Positions 13,594-23,604 of a DNA stretch of 60,098 nt are shown here, in pieces (position 1 is the first letter of the stretch; every line of letters starts with the position of its first letter). The stretch lies in assembly GCA_003552985.1 (NCBI GenBank), contig PUPD01000227.1:1-60098 (forward strand). Direction: 5' to 3'. The position numbers and the translations under genes are program-made. Source of the stretch: Spirochaetaceae bacterium. Its GTDB lineage: Bacteria > Spirochaetota > Spirochaetia > DSM-27196 > SLAA01. The notes below the pieces were generated by a model. The model was not told the DNA's origin. It worked only from the letters and a program-made list of their open reading frames with translations, and did not search any database.

Positions 13594-16500
13594 TTAGAAA
13601 TTGCTGCCCTTGCGATTGATCAGCTCCTCATCCCGCTCGGTCAAAGCTATTTGCTTTCCTTTGGTGTCGTAGATCGAGATGTCGAGCGCCAGGCCGCGGA
13701 GCTCCTGCACCAGCACATTGAACGATTCCGGAACACCTGCCGAGGTCGCGGGCTCACCCTTGACGATGCTCTCGTAGATTTTCGCCCGGCCGTTCATGTC
13801 GTCACTCTTGATTGTAAGCAGCTCCTGAAGGGTGTTCGCCGCGCCGTAGGCCTCGAGCGCCCATACCTCCATCTCGCCGAGGCGCTGCCCGCCGAACTGC
13901 GCTTTGCCGCCGAGCGGCTGTTGGGTCACCAACGAGTACGGACCGGTCGAACGAGCGTGCATCTTGTCGTCTACAAGGTGATGCAGCTTCAGCATGTACA
14001 TGTAGCCTACCGTCACTTCGTTTTGGAAGCGCTCACCGGTACGGCCGTCGTACAGCACGGTCTTGGAGCTGGCGGGGAGCCCCGCCTCCCGCAGCTTCTC
14101 GGCGATCATCTCGTTGGTCGCCGACTCGAAGACCGGGGTGGCATACCACTCGTTCAACACCGCCGCCGCCCATCCGAGCTCAGCCTCGAGTATCTGACCA
14201 AGGTTCATACGCGAGGGGACGCCAAGCGGGTTCAGGCATACGTCAAGCGGCGTGCCGTCCGCCATGAACGGCATATCTTCCTCGGGAAGAACACGCGCAA
14301 TGACGCCCTTGTTTCCGTGCCGTCCGGCCATTTTATCGCCCTCACGCAGCTTGCGCTTGGTGGCGACGAGCACCTTGACCACTTCGTCGACGCCCGGGCT
14401 CAGGTCGTCGCCTTCCGAACGCCTGAGGCGCTGAATGTCGATGACGGTCCCGTCGGTGCCGTGCGGCACACGCAGGCTTGTATCACGCACCTCTTTCGCT
14501 TTCTCACCGAAGATCGAGTTCAGCAGCTTGAACTCGGGAGTCGTCTCGGTCTCGCTCTTCGGCGTAACCTTACCGACCAAAATGTAGCCGCTGCCGATCG
14601 TGGCTCCGACGCGAACGATGCCTTCCTCGTCCAGCTGATCAAGGGCCTTCTCCGAGGTGTTCGGAATGTCCCGGGTAATCTTCTCCGGTCCAAGCTTGGT
14701 CTCGCGGACCTCGACCGTGAACTCTTTGATATGGATCGAGGTGAAGATATCGTCTTTGACAATCTTCTCCGAGACGAGAATGGCGTCCTCGAAGTTATAG
14801 CCGTTCCAGGGCACGAACCCTACCAACACGTTTCGACCGAGAGCCAGCTCGCCCTGATAGGTCGAGGGCCCGTCGGCGAGCACATCACCGGTCTTCACCT
14901 TCTGTCCGGTCTGCACCACCGGTTTCTGCGTGTAGCAGGTGTCCTGGTTGGTCCGTTGGTACTTCATCAACTGGTACAGATCAACATCGTCGCCACCGTC
15001 CTTCGACCCGTTGGTCTGCACCTCGATGTGTTGCGAGGTCACCCGCTTCACTACGCCGTCGCGGCGCGCCTTCAGCAGAACGCCGGAATCGTAGGCGGTT
15101 TTCGCCTCCATCCCGGTTCCCACGCGCGGCGGTTCGGGGAACACCAGCGGAACAGCTTGCCGTTGCATGTTCGAGCCCATCAGGGCGCGGTTGGCGTCGT
15201 CGTGCTCCAGAAACGGGATCAATGACGCCGAAACCGATATGACCTGCTTGGGAGAGACGTCCATGTACTGGATATCCTCAGGCGGCTTGGTTGTGTAATC
15301 TCCGGACTTGCGAACCGAGATCATTCGGCTGAGAAACTGCCCGTTGCTGTCGATCTCAGCGTTCGCCTGTGCGATGTAGTGTTTCTCCTCATCCATCGCC
15401 GAGAGGTACTCGATCTCTCGCGTCGCCACCCCATCGATCACTCGGCGGTACGGTGTCTCAAGAAACCCGTACTCATTCACCTGGGTGTAGTTTGCAAGCG
15501 AAACAATCAGACCGATGTTCGGGCCTTCCGGAGTCTCAATCGGGCACATGCGGCCGTAATGGGTGTAGTGCACGTCGCGCACCTCAAACCCGGCGCGGTC
15601 GCGAGACAGCCCGCCGGGGCCCAGAGCGTTCAAGCGTCGCTTGTGCGTCAACTCAGCCAGCGGATTTACCTGGTCCATGAACTGTGACAGCTGGCTCGAG
15701 CCGAAAAACTCCTTGATCGCGGCAACCACCGGCTTGATCGAGATCAGGTCCTGCGGCTTGATGGTGTCGGTCTCTTTCAGCGACATCCGTTCTTTGGCGA
15801 TGCGCTCCATGCGACTGAAGGCGGTCTTCATCTGATTTGCGAGCAGCTCCCCGACCGAGCGCACCCGCCGGTTGCCGAGATGATCGATGTCGTCGACATT
15901 CTCTTCGCCGATATACACCTGCACGAGGAATCGCATGGTGTTCACCATATCTTCGCGAGTCAACACGTGATCCTCGACCGGCTCCTCGTAGTCGAACTTC
16001 TTGTTCAGCTTGTAGCGGCCCACCCGTCCCAGATCGTAACGGCGCGAGGTGAAGAACATCGCGTTGAAGTCCTTCTCCGCGCTCTCCACCGTAATCGGCT
16101 CACCCGGCATGATCACCGCATAGACCGCCGACAGCGCATCGTCCTTCGACGGCTCGTCCTTATCGACTTCGTCCTTGGTGAATTTGACCTCCTCACGCTC
16201 AAAACAGTTGAGGATGATCTCGGAGTGCAGCGAATCCGGATGAGCGAGATCGATGATCGCTATCTCGGCCACACCGGCATGAATCAGCTGGTCGATGTCG
16301 TGGGGATGCAGCTTCTCACCGGCGCGGTAGAGTTTCTTGCTCTCGCCCGCGTCGGTCGTCCAAACCGCTTCAGCGAGCACCGCCCCCACCAAGGCTTCCT
16401 TATCCTCCGGCGTGTCTTTCACCTCTACCGGCTTGGTCTGATAGAAGAGCTCGATCAGCTTCTCACGCGAGTCGTAACCGAGAGCCCGGAGGAAGATTGT

Positions 16501-17103
16501 ACCGAGGATGCGCTTCTTGCGGTCGATCTTGGCGTAGATCAGCTCTTTCTTCTGATCGATCTCGAACTCCAACCAGGAGCCGCGGTACGGAATGATCCGT
16601 GACGAGTACACACCTTTCTCGTGCGAGAATATAACACCGGGACTGCGGTGAATCTGGCTCACCACGACCCGTTCGGCACCGTTGATGATGAAGGTTCCCC
16701 GATCGGTCATCAACGGGATGTCACCCATGTAGATATCTTTCTGGCGGATTTCCCCGGTCTCAAGGAAGACCAGGTTGATCCGTGCCTTGATCGGGATCGC
16801 GTAGGTGTGTCCCTTGTACTTACACTCCAGCTCCGACATCTTGATGCCGGCTTCATCGAGGATATAGTGATCATACTCCAACCGCATATCCCCGTTCTGG
16901 CTCTCGATCGGGAACACGGCCTGAAACACTTCCTCGAGACCCTGATTCAAGGGAGGCTCACCCGATATTACGCGATTCCACTGCAAGAAACGCTCGAATG
17001 AGCGCACCTGAATATCAACGAGATCGGGCAACTCCATAACGGTTGCCCCGCGCGTTCCGACGAATACGCGGTTAACATCGGTGGTTCTGTCAAACATTCT
17101 CAC
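13594..17103 (-). CDS. rpoB: DNA-directed RNA polymerase beta subunit
   Basis: [57 protein letters not shown]; start may be ATG 17097. Confidence 0.99.
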   Translation of the reverse strand: MRMFDRTTDVNRVFVGTRGATVMELPDLVDIQVRSFERFLQWNRVISGEPPLNQGLEEVFQAVFPIESQNGDMRLEYDHYILDEAGIKMSELECKYKGHTYAIPIKARINLVFLETGEIRQKDIYMGDIPLMTDRGTFIINGAERVVVSQIHRSPGVIFSHEKGVYSSRIIPYRGSWLEFEIDQKKELIYAKIDRKKRILGTIFLRALGYDSREKLIELFYQTKPVEVKDTPEDKEALVGAVLAEAVWTTDAGESKKLYRAGEKLHPHDIDQLIHAGVAEIAIIDLAHPDSLHSEIILNCFEREEVKFTKDEVDKDEPSKDDALSAVYAVIMPGEPITVESAEKDFNAMFFTSRRYDLGRVGRYKLNKKFDYEEPVEDHVLTREDMVNTMRFLVQVYIGEENVDDIDHLGNRRVRSVGELLANQMKTAFSRMERIAKERMSLKETDTIKPQDLISIKPVVAAIKEFFGSSQLSQFMDQVNPLAELTHKRRLNALGPGGLSRDRAGFEVRDVHYTHYGRMCPIETPEGPNIGLIVSLANYTQVNEYGFLETPYRRVIDGVATREIEYLSAMDEEKHYIAQANAEIDSNGQFLSRMISVRKSGDYTTKPPEDIQYMDVSPKQVISVSASLIPFLEHDDANRALMGSNMQRQAVPLVFPEPPRVGTGMEAKTAYDSGVLLKARRDGVVKRVTSQHIEVQTNGSKDGGDDVDLYQLMKYQRTNQDTCYTQKPVVQTGQKVKTGDVLADGPSTYQGELALGRNVLVGFVPWNGYNFEDAILVSEKIVKDDIFTSIHIKEFTVEVRETKLGPEKITRDIPNTSEKALDQLDEEGIVRVGATIGSGYILVGKVTPKSETETTPEFKLLNSIFGEKAKEVRDTSLRVPHGTDGTVIDIQRLRRSEGDDLSPGVDEVVKVLVATKRKLREGDKMAGRHGNKGVIARVLPEEDMPFMADGTPLDVCLNPLGVPSRMNLGQILEAELGWAAAVLNEWYATPVFESATNEMIAEKLREAGLPASSKTVLYDGRTGERFQNEVTVGYMYMLKLHHLVDDKMHARSTGPYSLVTQQPLGGKAQFGGQRLGEMEVWALEAYGAANTLQELLTIKSDDMNGRAKIYESIVKGEPATSAGVPESFNVLVQELRGLALDISIYDTKGKQIALTERDEELINRKGSNF

Positions 17104-17135
17104 CTACCTCCCATGAATCATGAAGAGCGCACACG

Positions 17136-17178
17136 AAAAAGCGACACCATCGTCAAGCCCTCTTGCCGATGGCATCGC
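17136..17178 (-). terminator. Terminator/attenuator between rplL and rpoB
   Basis: Minus strand GCGATGCCATCG-GCAAG-AGGG-CTTGA-CGATGGTGTCGC-TTTTT. Confidence 0.7.
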
Positions 17179-17211
17179 GTTGAGTAACTTAAGTTGTACG
17201 TAGCCGCAAGG

Positions 17212-17607
17212 CTATTGAACCTCAATAGCAGCGCCCGCCGCTTCAAGCTTCTCTTTGATCTCGTTCGCCTCTTCCTTACTGACGCCTTCTTTGACCGGTC
17301 GACCGCCGGCCTCAACCATCTCTTTGGCCTCTTTGAGGCCCAGCCCGGTGATTGCACGGACTTCTTTGATGACCGGAATCTTCTTGCCGTCGTCAAAGCT
17401 CTTGAGGATGACGTTGAACTCGGTCTGCTCCTCAGCTGCCTCGGCAGCCTCACCACCGCCTGCAGCAGCGCCGGCGCCGGCCACAGCTACAGGGGCGGCA
17501 GCGCTAACGCCGAACTTCTCCTCCATAGCCGTCACCAGCTCGGAGACCTCGAGTACCGTCATGCTTGAGATGGCCTCGATGATGTCGTCTTTTGTGAGTG
17601 TCGCCAT
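17212..17607 (-). CDS. rplL: 50S ribosomal protein L7/L12
   Basis: Start ATG 17607 after GAAAGGAG; [10 protein letters not shown], Ala-rich hinge, [20 protein letters not shown]. Confidence 0.97.
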   Translation of the reverse strand: MATLTKDDIIEAISSMTVLEVSELVTAMEEKFGVSAAAPVAVAGAGAAAGGGEAAEAAEEQTEFNVILKSFDDGKKIPVIKEVRAITGLGLKEAKEMVEAGGRPVKEGVSKEEANEIKEKLEAAGAAIEVQ

Positions 17608-17700
17608 ATTACCTTCTCCTTTCTGTTTTGCTCCGAAGCGATAGCATGGCACACGGACGGAAGACTAACGCTTCGGTTATTGACATTGGTTTGCCTCGGG

Positions 17701-18240
17701 CTATTTGCCCGCTTTCTGATCGGCCACTGCCTGCAACGTGCGCACAAGCTTCTGCGGCACCGCGTTGAGCACGTAGACGAAGTTCTGCAGCGGCGCCTGC
17801 ATTGAGCCCATCAACTTTGCCAGCAGCTCATCGCGCGGCGGCAACTTCGAATAGGCCTCGGTCTGTTCTCGATCGAAGACGTTTCCTTCGATCAACGCCC
17901 CCTTGATCTCAAGCGGCGTGTCTCTACCGAAATCAAACAATGCCTTCACGAGCGCATTGGACTCTGCGCGCGCAATCGCGACCGCTGTGGGCCCTTCAAA
18001 GAACTGCCCCAACTTTTCCGGAGCGCCCAACTGAGAGAACGCGAGCTGTGCAAAGCTGTTCTTGATAACGCGGTACTCCGCCTGCTGCTCCGCGAGCTTT
18101 CCACGAAGCTCGGTTATCTGTTTCACGTTTAGACCGCGGAAGTTGGTAAACACAAAATCCTTTGCGTCTCCGAAACGCTCCTTATACCGGTCAACCGCGT
18201 CTACCTTGTGCTGCTGCACTTTGGTTTGGTACTCAGACAT
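17701..18240 (-). CDS. rplJ: 50S ribosomal protein L10
   Basis: FRGLNVKQITELR, VIKNS, KLPPRDELLAKL; lies between rplA and rplL. Confidence 0.95.
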   Translation of the reverse strand: MSEYQTKVQQHKVDAVDRYKERFGDAKDFVFTNFRGLNVKQITELRGKLAEQQAEYRVIKNSFAQLAFSQLGAPEKLGQFFEGPTAVAIARAESNALVKALFDFGRDTPLEIKGALIEGNVFDREQTEAYSKLPPRDELLAKLMGSMQAPLQNFVYVLNAVPQKLVRTLQAVADQKAGK

Positions 18241-18267
18241 ATCGTTTCTCCTACTCGACGTCCCGCG

Positions 18268-18954
18268 CTACGGTGCGCCCACCGCACCGGCGGCGAACCA
18301 CACGCCCGGCCCCATGGTCGACGCTAGCGCCGACGACAACACGAACTCACCCTTGGTATCGGCCGGACGACGCTTGCGCACCTCAGAGACTACCTCGTGA
18401 ATGTTCTCCACAATCTTGGCTGCTTCCATCGAAACCTTCCCGACCGCGAGGTGGAGCACGCCGGTTTTGTCGGAACGAAACTCAACCCGCCCTTTCTTGA
18501 GCTCGGCGATCGCGGCCGTAAGATCAAAGGTCACCGTCTGCGTCTTCGGATTGGGCATCAGCCCGCGCCGTCCGAGCACCGGACCAAGCCGCCCGACGTC
18601 TTTCATCATGTCCGGCGTGGCAACCGCGACGTCGAACTCGAGCCAGCCGCCCTTGATCTTCTCGATCAGATCCTCGTCACCCACATAGGTGGCCCCGGCC
18701 TCCTCGGCCTCCTTGGCTTTCTCGCCCTTGGCGAACACCAGGATACGCTTGTCGGCCCGGAACTGATGCGGAAGCACCAGCGTGTCGCGAACGTTGACGC
18801 TCTTCTTGAGATTCAATTTAAGCGCGAGCTCAATTGTCTCGTCGAAACCGGCAAACGAGATCTGCTGCACAAGCTCGACCGCTTCTTGCGGGCCGTAGAG
18901 ATGCGTCCGATCTACCTTCTCGAGCGCTGTTCGATACTTCTTACCACGCTTCAT
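18268..18954 (-). CDS. rplA: 50S ribosomal protein L1
   Basis: [31 protein letters not shown]; spirochete-like [11 protein letters not shown]. Confidence 0.97.
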   Translation of the reverse strand: MKRGKKYRTALEKVDRTHLYGPQEAVELVQQISFAGFDETIELALKLNLKKSVNVRDTLVLPHQFRADKRILVFAKGEKAKEAEEAGATYVGDEDLIEKIKGGWLEFDVAVATPDMMKDVGRLGPVLGRRGLMPNPKTQTVTFDLTAAIAELKKGRVEFRSDKTGVLHLAVGKVSMEAAKIVENIHEVVSEVRKRRPADTKGEFVLSSALASTMGPGVWFAAGAVGAP

Positions 18955-19388
18955 ACCGACGCCTCCGTTTCGACACCCATGCTCCGAGCCGTGCCGGCGA
19001 CAATCTTCATCGCCGCGTCGATGTCATTGGCGTTCAAATCAGGCATCTTCGTTTCGGCGATCTCTCTGAGCTGAGCGTTGGAGAGCTTACCGACTTTGAC
19101 GCGCCGCGGTTCAGCGGACGCGGTTTCAATACCGAGCGCCTTCTTGATCAACACCGCCGCCGGCGGCGTCTTGGTGATGAAGGTGAAACTCTTGTCCTGA
19201 TAGACCGTGATCACGACCGGAATCAGAAGCCCCGGCTCGATGTTCTTGGTCGCGTCATTGAACTGCTGAACAAACTGCGGCGCACTCACCCCGTGCGGCC
19301 CGAGCGCCGGACCTACCGGGGGCGCCGGCGTCGCTTTGCCGGCGGGCACTTGCAGCTTGATCTCCGCTGCAATCTTCTTCTTAGCCAT
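18951..19388 (-). CDS. rplK: 50S ribosomal protein L11
   Basis: [30 protein letters not shown]. Confidence 0.98.
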   Translation of the reverse strand: MAKKKIAAEIKLQVPAGKATPAPPVGPALGPHGVSAPQFVQQFNDATKNIEPGLLIPVVITVYQDKSFTFITKTPPAAVLIKKALGIETASAEPRRVKVGKLSNAQLREIAETKMPDLNANDIDAAMKIVAGTARSMGVETEASV

Positions 19389-19402
19389 ACTGTACTCCGT
19401 TG

Positions 19403-19444
19403 GTGGTACTAACGTTGCCGCCCGTCGCGGTCGGCAACTCCCAG
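19403..19444 (-). promoter_or_regulatory. Probable uL1-binding autoregulatory leader of rplK-rplA
   Basis: Minus strand tGGGAG-TTGCCG...CGGCAA-cgttagt-ACCAC just upstream of the rplK SD; matches the GGGAG...ACCAC 23S-mimic pattern. Confidence 0.6.
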
Positions 19445-19465
19445 CTTTGGCCAGCGCGAACCGCG

Positions 19466-20020
19466 CTAGATTTTTTCAACCTGGAGAAAGTCAATCTCCA
19501 CCGGCGTCGATCTTCCGAAGATACCGACCATGACGCGGAGCTTGCCTTTCTCGAGATTGACCTCCTCGACGGAACCGGTGAACGACTCAAAAGGTCCCTC
19601 GATAATGCGGACAGTCTCGCCCACAACGAACTTCTGCTTCGGCCGCAGACCCTGGTCTCCCTTGATCTCGCCCGACTTCTGCAGTATCTCCCGCGCCTCT
19701 TCGGAAGAGATCGGCTGCGGCTTCATCCCCGGACTGGCACCCACGAAGCCGGTTACGCCGTTGATTTTCTTTATCTTGGAACAGACCTGCTTCCAACCGA
19801 TATCAGGCAGATCCATCTCCAGCAGGATATACCCCGGCAGGAACTTCTTCGAGGACACCTTTTTCTTGCCTTCGCGAATCTCAACGACCTGCTCCGACGG
19901 CACCTTTACATCGGTCACCACATCGTCGAGCTGGCCCTCGTTCATCATCACGCGAATCGTCTTTTCGATCTTATTCTCATACCCTGAGTAGGTATGCAGA
20001 ACGTACCAGCCTTTTGCCAT
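19466..20020 (-). CDS. nusG: Transcription termination/antitermination factor NusG
   Basis: [40 protein letters not shown]. Confidence 0.98.
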   Translation of the reverse strand: MAKGWYVLHTYSGYENKIEKTIRVMMNEGQLDDVVTDVKVPSEQVVEIREGKKKVSSKKFLPGYILLEMDLPDIGWKQVCSKIKKINGVTGFVGASPGMKPQPISSEEAREILQKSGEIKGDQGLRPKQKFVVGETVRIIEGPFESFTGSVEEVNLEKGKLRVMVGIFGRSTPVEIDFLQVEKI

Positions 20021-20125
20021 ATTTGTCTCTTAACCCTCGCGATGATTACGAGCAAAACCCGGCGAGATCAGCAACCCGCCGACCAGAGCAGCTGTCACCC
20101 AACCCGGAACCCAAAGGAACTAAAA

Positions 20126-20305
20126 CTAGAAGATGAAGTCGACTGCAGAGAGAAGCAGGAAGTCAGCCAACCCGAGTATGGCAGCGAAGATTGCCACGGA
20201 CACGAGCACCACCTTGGTGTTCGACACAACCTCATCACGCCCGGGCCAGATCACTTTCTTCAACTCGGCATAGCTGTCCTTGAAAAAGGTTACGATTCGT
20301 TTCAT
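20126..20305 (-). CDS. secE: Preprotein translocase subunit SecE (59 aa, below ORF-track cutoff)
   Basis: Manual translation MKRIVTFFKDSYAELKKVIWPGRDEVVSNTKVVLVSVAIFAAILGLADFLLLSAVDFIF; ELKKVxWP motif plus one TM helix; lies between tRNA-Trp and nusG. Confidence 0.95.
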   Translation of the reverse strand: MKRIVTFFKDSYAELKKVIWPGRDEVVSNTKVVLVSVAIFAAILGLADFLLLSAVDFIF

Positions 20306-20345
20306 TCGATACTCCCGCAGGTCTACCCACAGACAAAAAAGGGAA

Positions 20346-20419
20346 CAGGCCAGGTAGGATTCGAACCTACAACATCCGGTTTTGGAGACCGGCGCTCTAG
20401 CCGTTGGAGCTACTGGCCT
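20346..20419 (-). tRNA. tRNA-Trp (CCA anticodon), 3' CCA not encoded
   Basis: AGGCCAGTAGCTCCAACGGCTAGAGCGCCGGTCTCCAAAACCGGATGTTGTAGGTTCGAATCCTACCTGGCCTG folds as a cloverleaf. Confidence 0.96.
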
Positions 20420-20425
20420 ATGGTT

Positions 20426-20608
20426 TTACTTCACCTTCGTTTCTTTATGCAGCGTGTGCTTACGCTCGAAGCGACAATACTTCATCAGCTCAAGCTTGCC
20501 TTGAATATTGCGCTTATTCTTCTTGGTGGTGTAGTTGCGGCGCTTACAGCTCTCACATTGCAGCGCGATAAGCTCGACAACTTTTCCCTTCGCCTTGTTT
20601 CCTGCCAT
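20426..20608 (-). CDS. rpmG: 50S ribosomal protein L33
   Basis: Start ATG 20608: [18 protein letters not shown]...[18 protein letters not shown]. Confidence 0.96.
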   Translation of the reverse strand: MAGNKAKGKVVELIALQCESCKRRNYTTKKNKRNIQGKLELMKYCRFERKHTLHKETKVK

Positions 20609-20642
20609 TGATTTCTCCCGAAAACGCCGCCGTTGGCTGGTA

Positions 20643-20672
20643 AGTATACAAAAACGCACAAAACAGTGTCAA
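20643..20672 (-). promoter_or_regulatory. sigma70-type promoter for rpmG-tRNA-Trp-secE-nusG
   Basis: TTGACA-18 nt-TATACT. Confidence 0.7.
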
Positions 20673-20699
20673 CAGATCAACCGCAGCACGGTTTAGGAC

Positions 20700-20772
20700 A
20701 GCCCCCGACCGGACTTGAACCGGTGACCCCATCCTTACCATGGATGTGCTCTACCGACTGAGCTACAGGGGC
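20700..20772 (-). tRNA. tRNA-Thr (GGT anticodon), 3' CCA not encoded
   Basis: GCCCCTGTAGCTCAGTCGGTAGAGCACATCCATGGTAAGGATGGGGTCACCGGTTCAAGTCCGGTCGGGGGCT cloverleaf. Confidence 0.96.
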
Positions 20773-20788
20773 ACGTTCGCGTGGCTGC

Positions 20789-20817
20789 ACCATATCAAAC
20801 CCGGATAGTTTGGTCAA
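20789..20817 (-). promoter_or_regulatory. sigma70-type promoter for tRNA-Thr
   Basis: TTGACC-17 nt-TATGGT; the spacer contains the stop codon of the upstream ORF. Confidence 0.6.
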
Positions 20818-22217
20818 CACCACACCGCAGAGATTCGTTTACTGCGGCAGGTGGCAAGGCAATCTCATCGATAACGTGTCCCGCCGGCCCGCCTGAAAGC
20901 CTCACGCCGTTGATACGAGCCCACACCAACAGGGAAACGCCTTGAGTTCCCGCTGTCGTGGTGGCGGGATTGCCACGTGTCACGGTAAGAAATCGAACGT
21001 GGCGTGCACTCATGCGCTCGCATTGGGATAGTGGGGCTCGACACGCCGCTTCTTGGTCGGCAGTCTCCGCATCCTGCAACGGTGACGGCAGATCAGGACC
21101 TCGGAATCTCGGCTCCACAGCGTCAATGAAGCCGTCGCTTATGCCAAACTCGACCTCCCAGTCCTGCCGTTTACCGCGTGCGCCCCAGCCTACCTCGAGG
21201 TGAACAACGCTCTGCAGTTCCGACCCCAATGCATCGCTCCCCTGCAGTTCAGGAACCATATCCACCGGCGAAAACCGCCGTAACATGCGATCGCGCTGAA
21301 CGATATCCAGGTAATCAATCGCGGCTCCGCCCGTGACAACCGCCCGCAAACATTTAAACGGCCCGGGCGATCGAATACCCCCCATTGGGGTTCCGTCGAG
21401 CTCGAAGTCCACCTCCAACTTGTTACCGGTCAGGGCGAATGTGCGTCGGGCAGCGATCGCGTCCCACAGCGCGTCGCGTTTGCACGTCGTCGCCCACACT
21501 CCGGTCATACCTTGGCCGTAGCTTCCGGGATGAGCACTATGGTGGTCCGTATTGGCGCAAAACCCGAAGACATGCCCGCGCGCGAGGCCGTACTGTACGG
21601 TACTCATGCAGTCGGCCGGTCCCATAGAATGGAGGTACGGCACCGGACCCTCGCTGGTCTCGGATGCACCGTGCATTGAATATACCTCAACTACCGGCGA
21701 CACCTGTTCGTCGAAACTGTCCCAATTGATTCCGCGCAAGCCTTTTCGATACCCGATATGGTGTGGCAGCGCGGTTGCATTGTGCCCCGTCTGGTTCCAG
21801 CGTCTCAGCTGCGCATGCAGCTGTTCGACCGTTGCCGGGTAAATCAATTCGCCTTCAAGGTGTTTGTAGACAATCGCCCGATCACCGTCGGCCGAAGAGT
21901 GGATCTCAAAACTTGGGAACGCGACGAATTGCCCCGGCGAATCAACATCTCGCAAAGCCCGCAGGAGATCCTGCCATCTATGCCGTAGCCTCCGAAAACC
22001 TCGCCGGTGAAAATCGATAATGTGACCAATACGCTCGTTCGCCACGGGCATATCACACCAATCGGCGTGTCCGGTAACCGAGCAAAAATCTAGTCTTTGG
22101 CGGGCGTTATGAACTGCATCGGCAACGGTTCCCTGTCCGTACGAGACGCTACAGTGATTGTGGATATCACCGTAGTACGCGTTCTGATCAAGTATTACGT
22201 CCCTGCCCCCTTTTCAT
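20795..22217 (-). pseudogene. PHP-like metallohydrolase (DUF3604-like), start frameshifted or non-canonical and C-terminus probably truncated
   Basis: In-frame extension upstream of 22051 reads YYGDIHNHCSVSYGQG...DFCSVTGHADW without an in-frame ATG/GTG/TTG; also EVYSMHG and TDHHSAHPG motifs; ORF ends inside the tRNA promoter. Confidence 0.55.
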
Positions 22218-22285
22218 CGGGCCGCAACCCAACAGCCACGGACCTAATACCGGCCAACCGGTACAAGGCGTTGCCCTTTGACTGT

Positions 22286-23569
22286 TCAGGCCGAAGAGCC
22301 GCGTTCAGACGCGCCGAGGATGCGCTCGAGCCCTTCCGAACTGCGAATAAGCGCCCGTGCGACATGGAACGCTGTCTTCCACTCACCACCCTTGTCGGTG
22401 GTTACAGGCCGGAAAGAGGCAGGGTCAACCTCCGAATACCAGTCACCGTGATCGTGATCGATTTGAAAAGCCCGGATCCAGTTCCACTCCGTCAGGACAG
22501 CTTCGACATACCTGTCTTCGGAAGTCAGCTCAATCATATCTACCAGAGCGTTCAACAGCTCGGCCTGCGTCCACCAGCTGCGGACCATCCGGTCGTCTGC
22601 AAGGTTTGACGCATGCTCTACTCGGCCGGCCATGGGACCATAACTCGCCAAGCCCCCGTTGTTGGGGTCGAAACCGTACTCCAAGGCGTGGTCAACCAGT
22701 CTTTGAACCGGGCCGCCGTAATGGTTCCACGATACGTGCAGCAATTGTCCAGCTTTAATCAGCAACCATGCTAACTCGACGTTCAGCCCATACGATGTTG
22801 TAAACCTACCCTGCGAATCGGGGACTGCATTCCACTGCGAATCGAACGCGGTCACGGTGCCTCCGTGGTTGGGATCAAGACCTTTTGACAAGATCAGGTT
22901 GAAGACCTTGCGCAACGCAGCGAGGTGCCGGTCATCCCCGGAGACCTCCGACAGATACGCGATTCCTTCGAGGACGTTCGTATGCATGTCAATGGTTTTG
23001 ATCGCTCCGTTCTCACTCAAATGCATTTGCTCGGCGTTTAGGACCGGCCAATCTTGTCCGTCAAAATCCTCCCTGTAGCCCATCTCGCCGTCGGCCGCTT
23101 CGATCTGAAGCAATTCAAAAAGCCCTCCGGCCGTCTCCAATACATCCGGCCGTCCCGAGCTGTCAGCGTACGCCGACAATCCAGTGAGGGCATACGCATG
23201 CACGTCGGTGTTCTTCCGTCGCGACAGCGGTTTGCCGTCGCGCGTCACTGTGAAGTAGTACCCGCCGTTTTCCTGATCACGGAAACACGTCTCAATGAAC
23301 TCGAAGGTTGCAGCTGCGAGATCGAGATAGCCTCTATCGTTCAGTCCAAAGTCGTGTGCCCAGGACAGCGCCGCAAGCATGCGAACCTGCATCATAAGAT
23401 ACTTCGGAGCAGTCTCCAATCGGCGTCCGAGTCGATCCACACGTGTCAAGAACCCGCCGTGATCGGCATCCCAGGCGTGCTCCGCCCAAAAAGGCATCAC
23501 ACTGTCCGCCAGGTTCGCCCTTGCCTCCCTGCGACACTGCTCCAACGCTGCGCTTCTGCTGTGATCCAT
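22286..23569 (-). CDS. AGE-family (N-acylglucosamine/cellobiose 2-epimerase-like) epimerase/isomerase
   Basis: FW..HAWD..HGGF, QVRM, DMHTNVLE, SYGLNVELAW, WWTQAE, WKTAFHVAR. Confidence 0.85.
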   Translation of the reverse strand: MDHSRSAALEQCRREARANLADSVMPFWAEHAWDADHGGFLTRVDRLGRRLETAPKYLMMQVRMLAALSWAHDFGLNDRGYLDLAAATFEFIETCFRDQENGGYYFTVTRDGKPLSRRKNTDVHAYALTGLSAYADSSGRPDVLETAGGLFELLQIEAADGEMGYREDFDGQDWPVLNAEQMHLSENGAIKTIDMHTNVLEGIAYLSEVSGDDRHLAALRKVFNLILSKGLDPNHGGTVTAFDSQWNAVPDSQGRFTTSYGLNVELAWLLIKAGQLLHVSWNHYGGPVQRLVDHALEYGFDPNNGGLASYGPMAGRVEHASNLADDRMVRSWWTQAELLNALVDMIELTSEDRYVEAVLTEWNWIRAFQIDHDHGDWYSEVDPASFRPVTTDKGGEWKTAFHVARALIRSSEGLERILGASERGSSA

Positions 23570-23604
23570 AGCTCTACCTCACAACTCTCTTTGAAGTTTG
23601 CCGC

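Noticed and set aside
20700-20830. tRNA-Thr as integration site of a genomic island
   Set aside because: The accessory region abuts the tRNA 5' side, not the 3' end; no integrase or att duplication seen in the window
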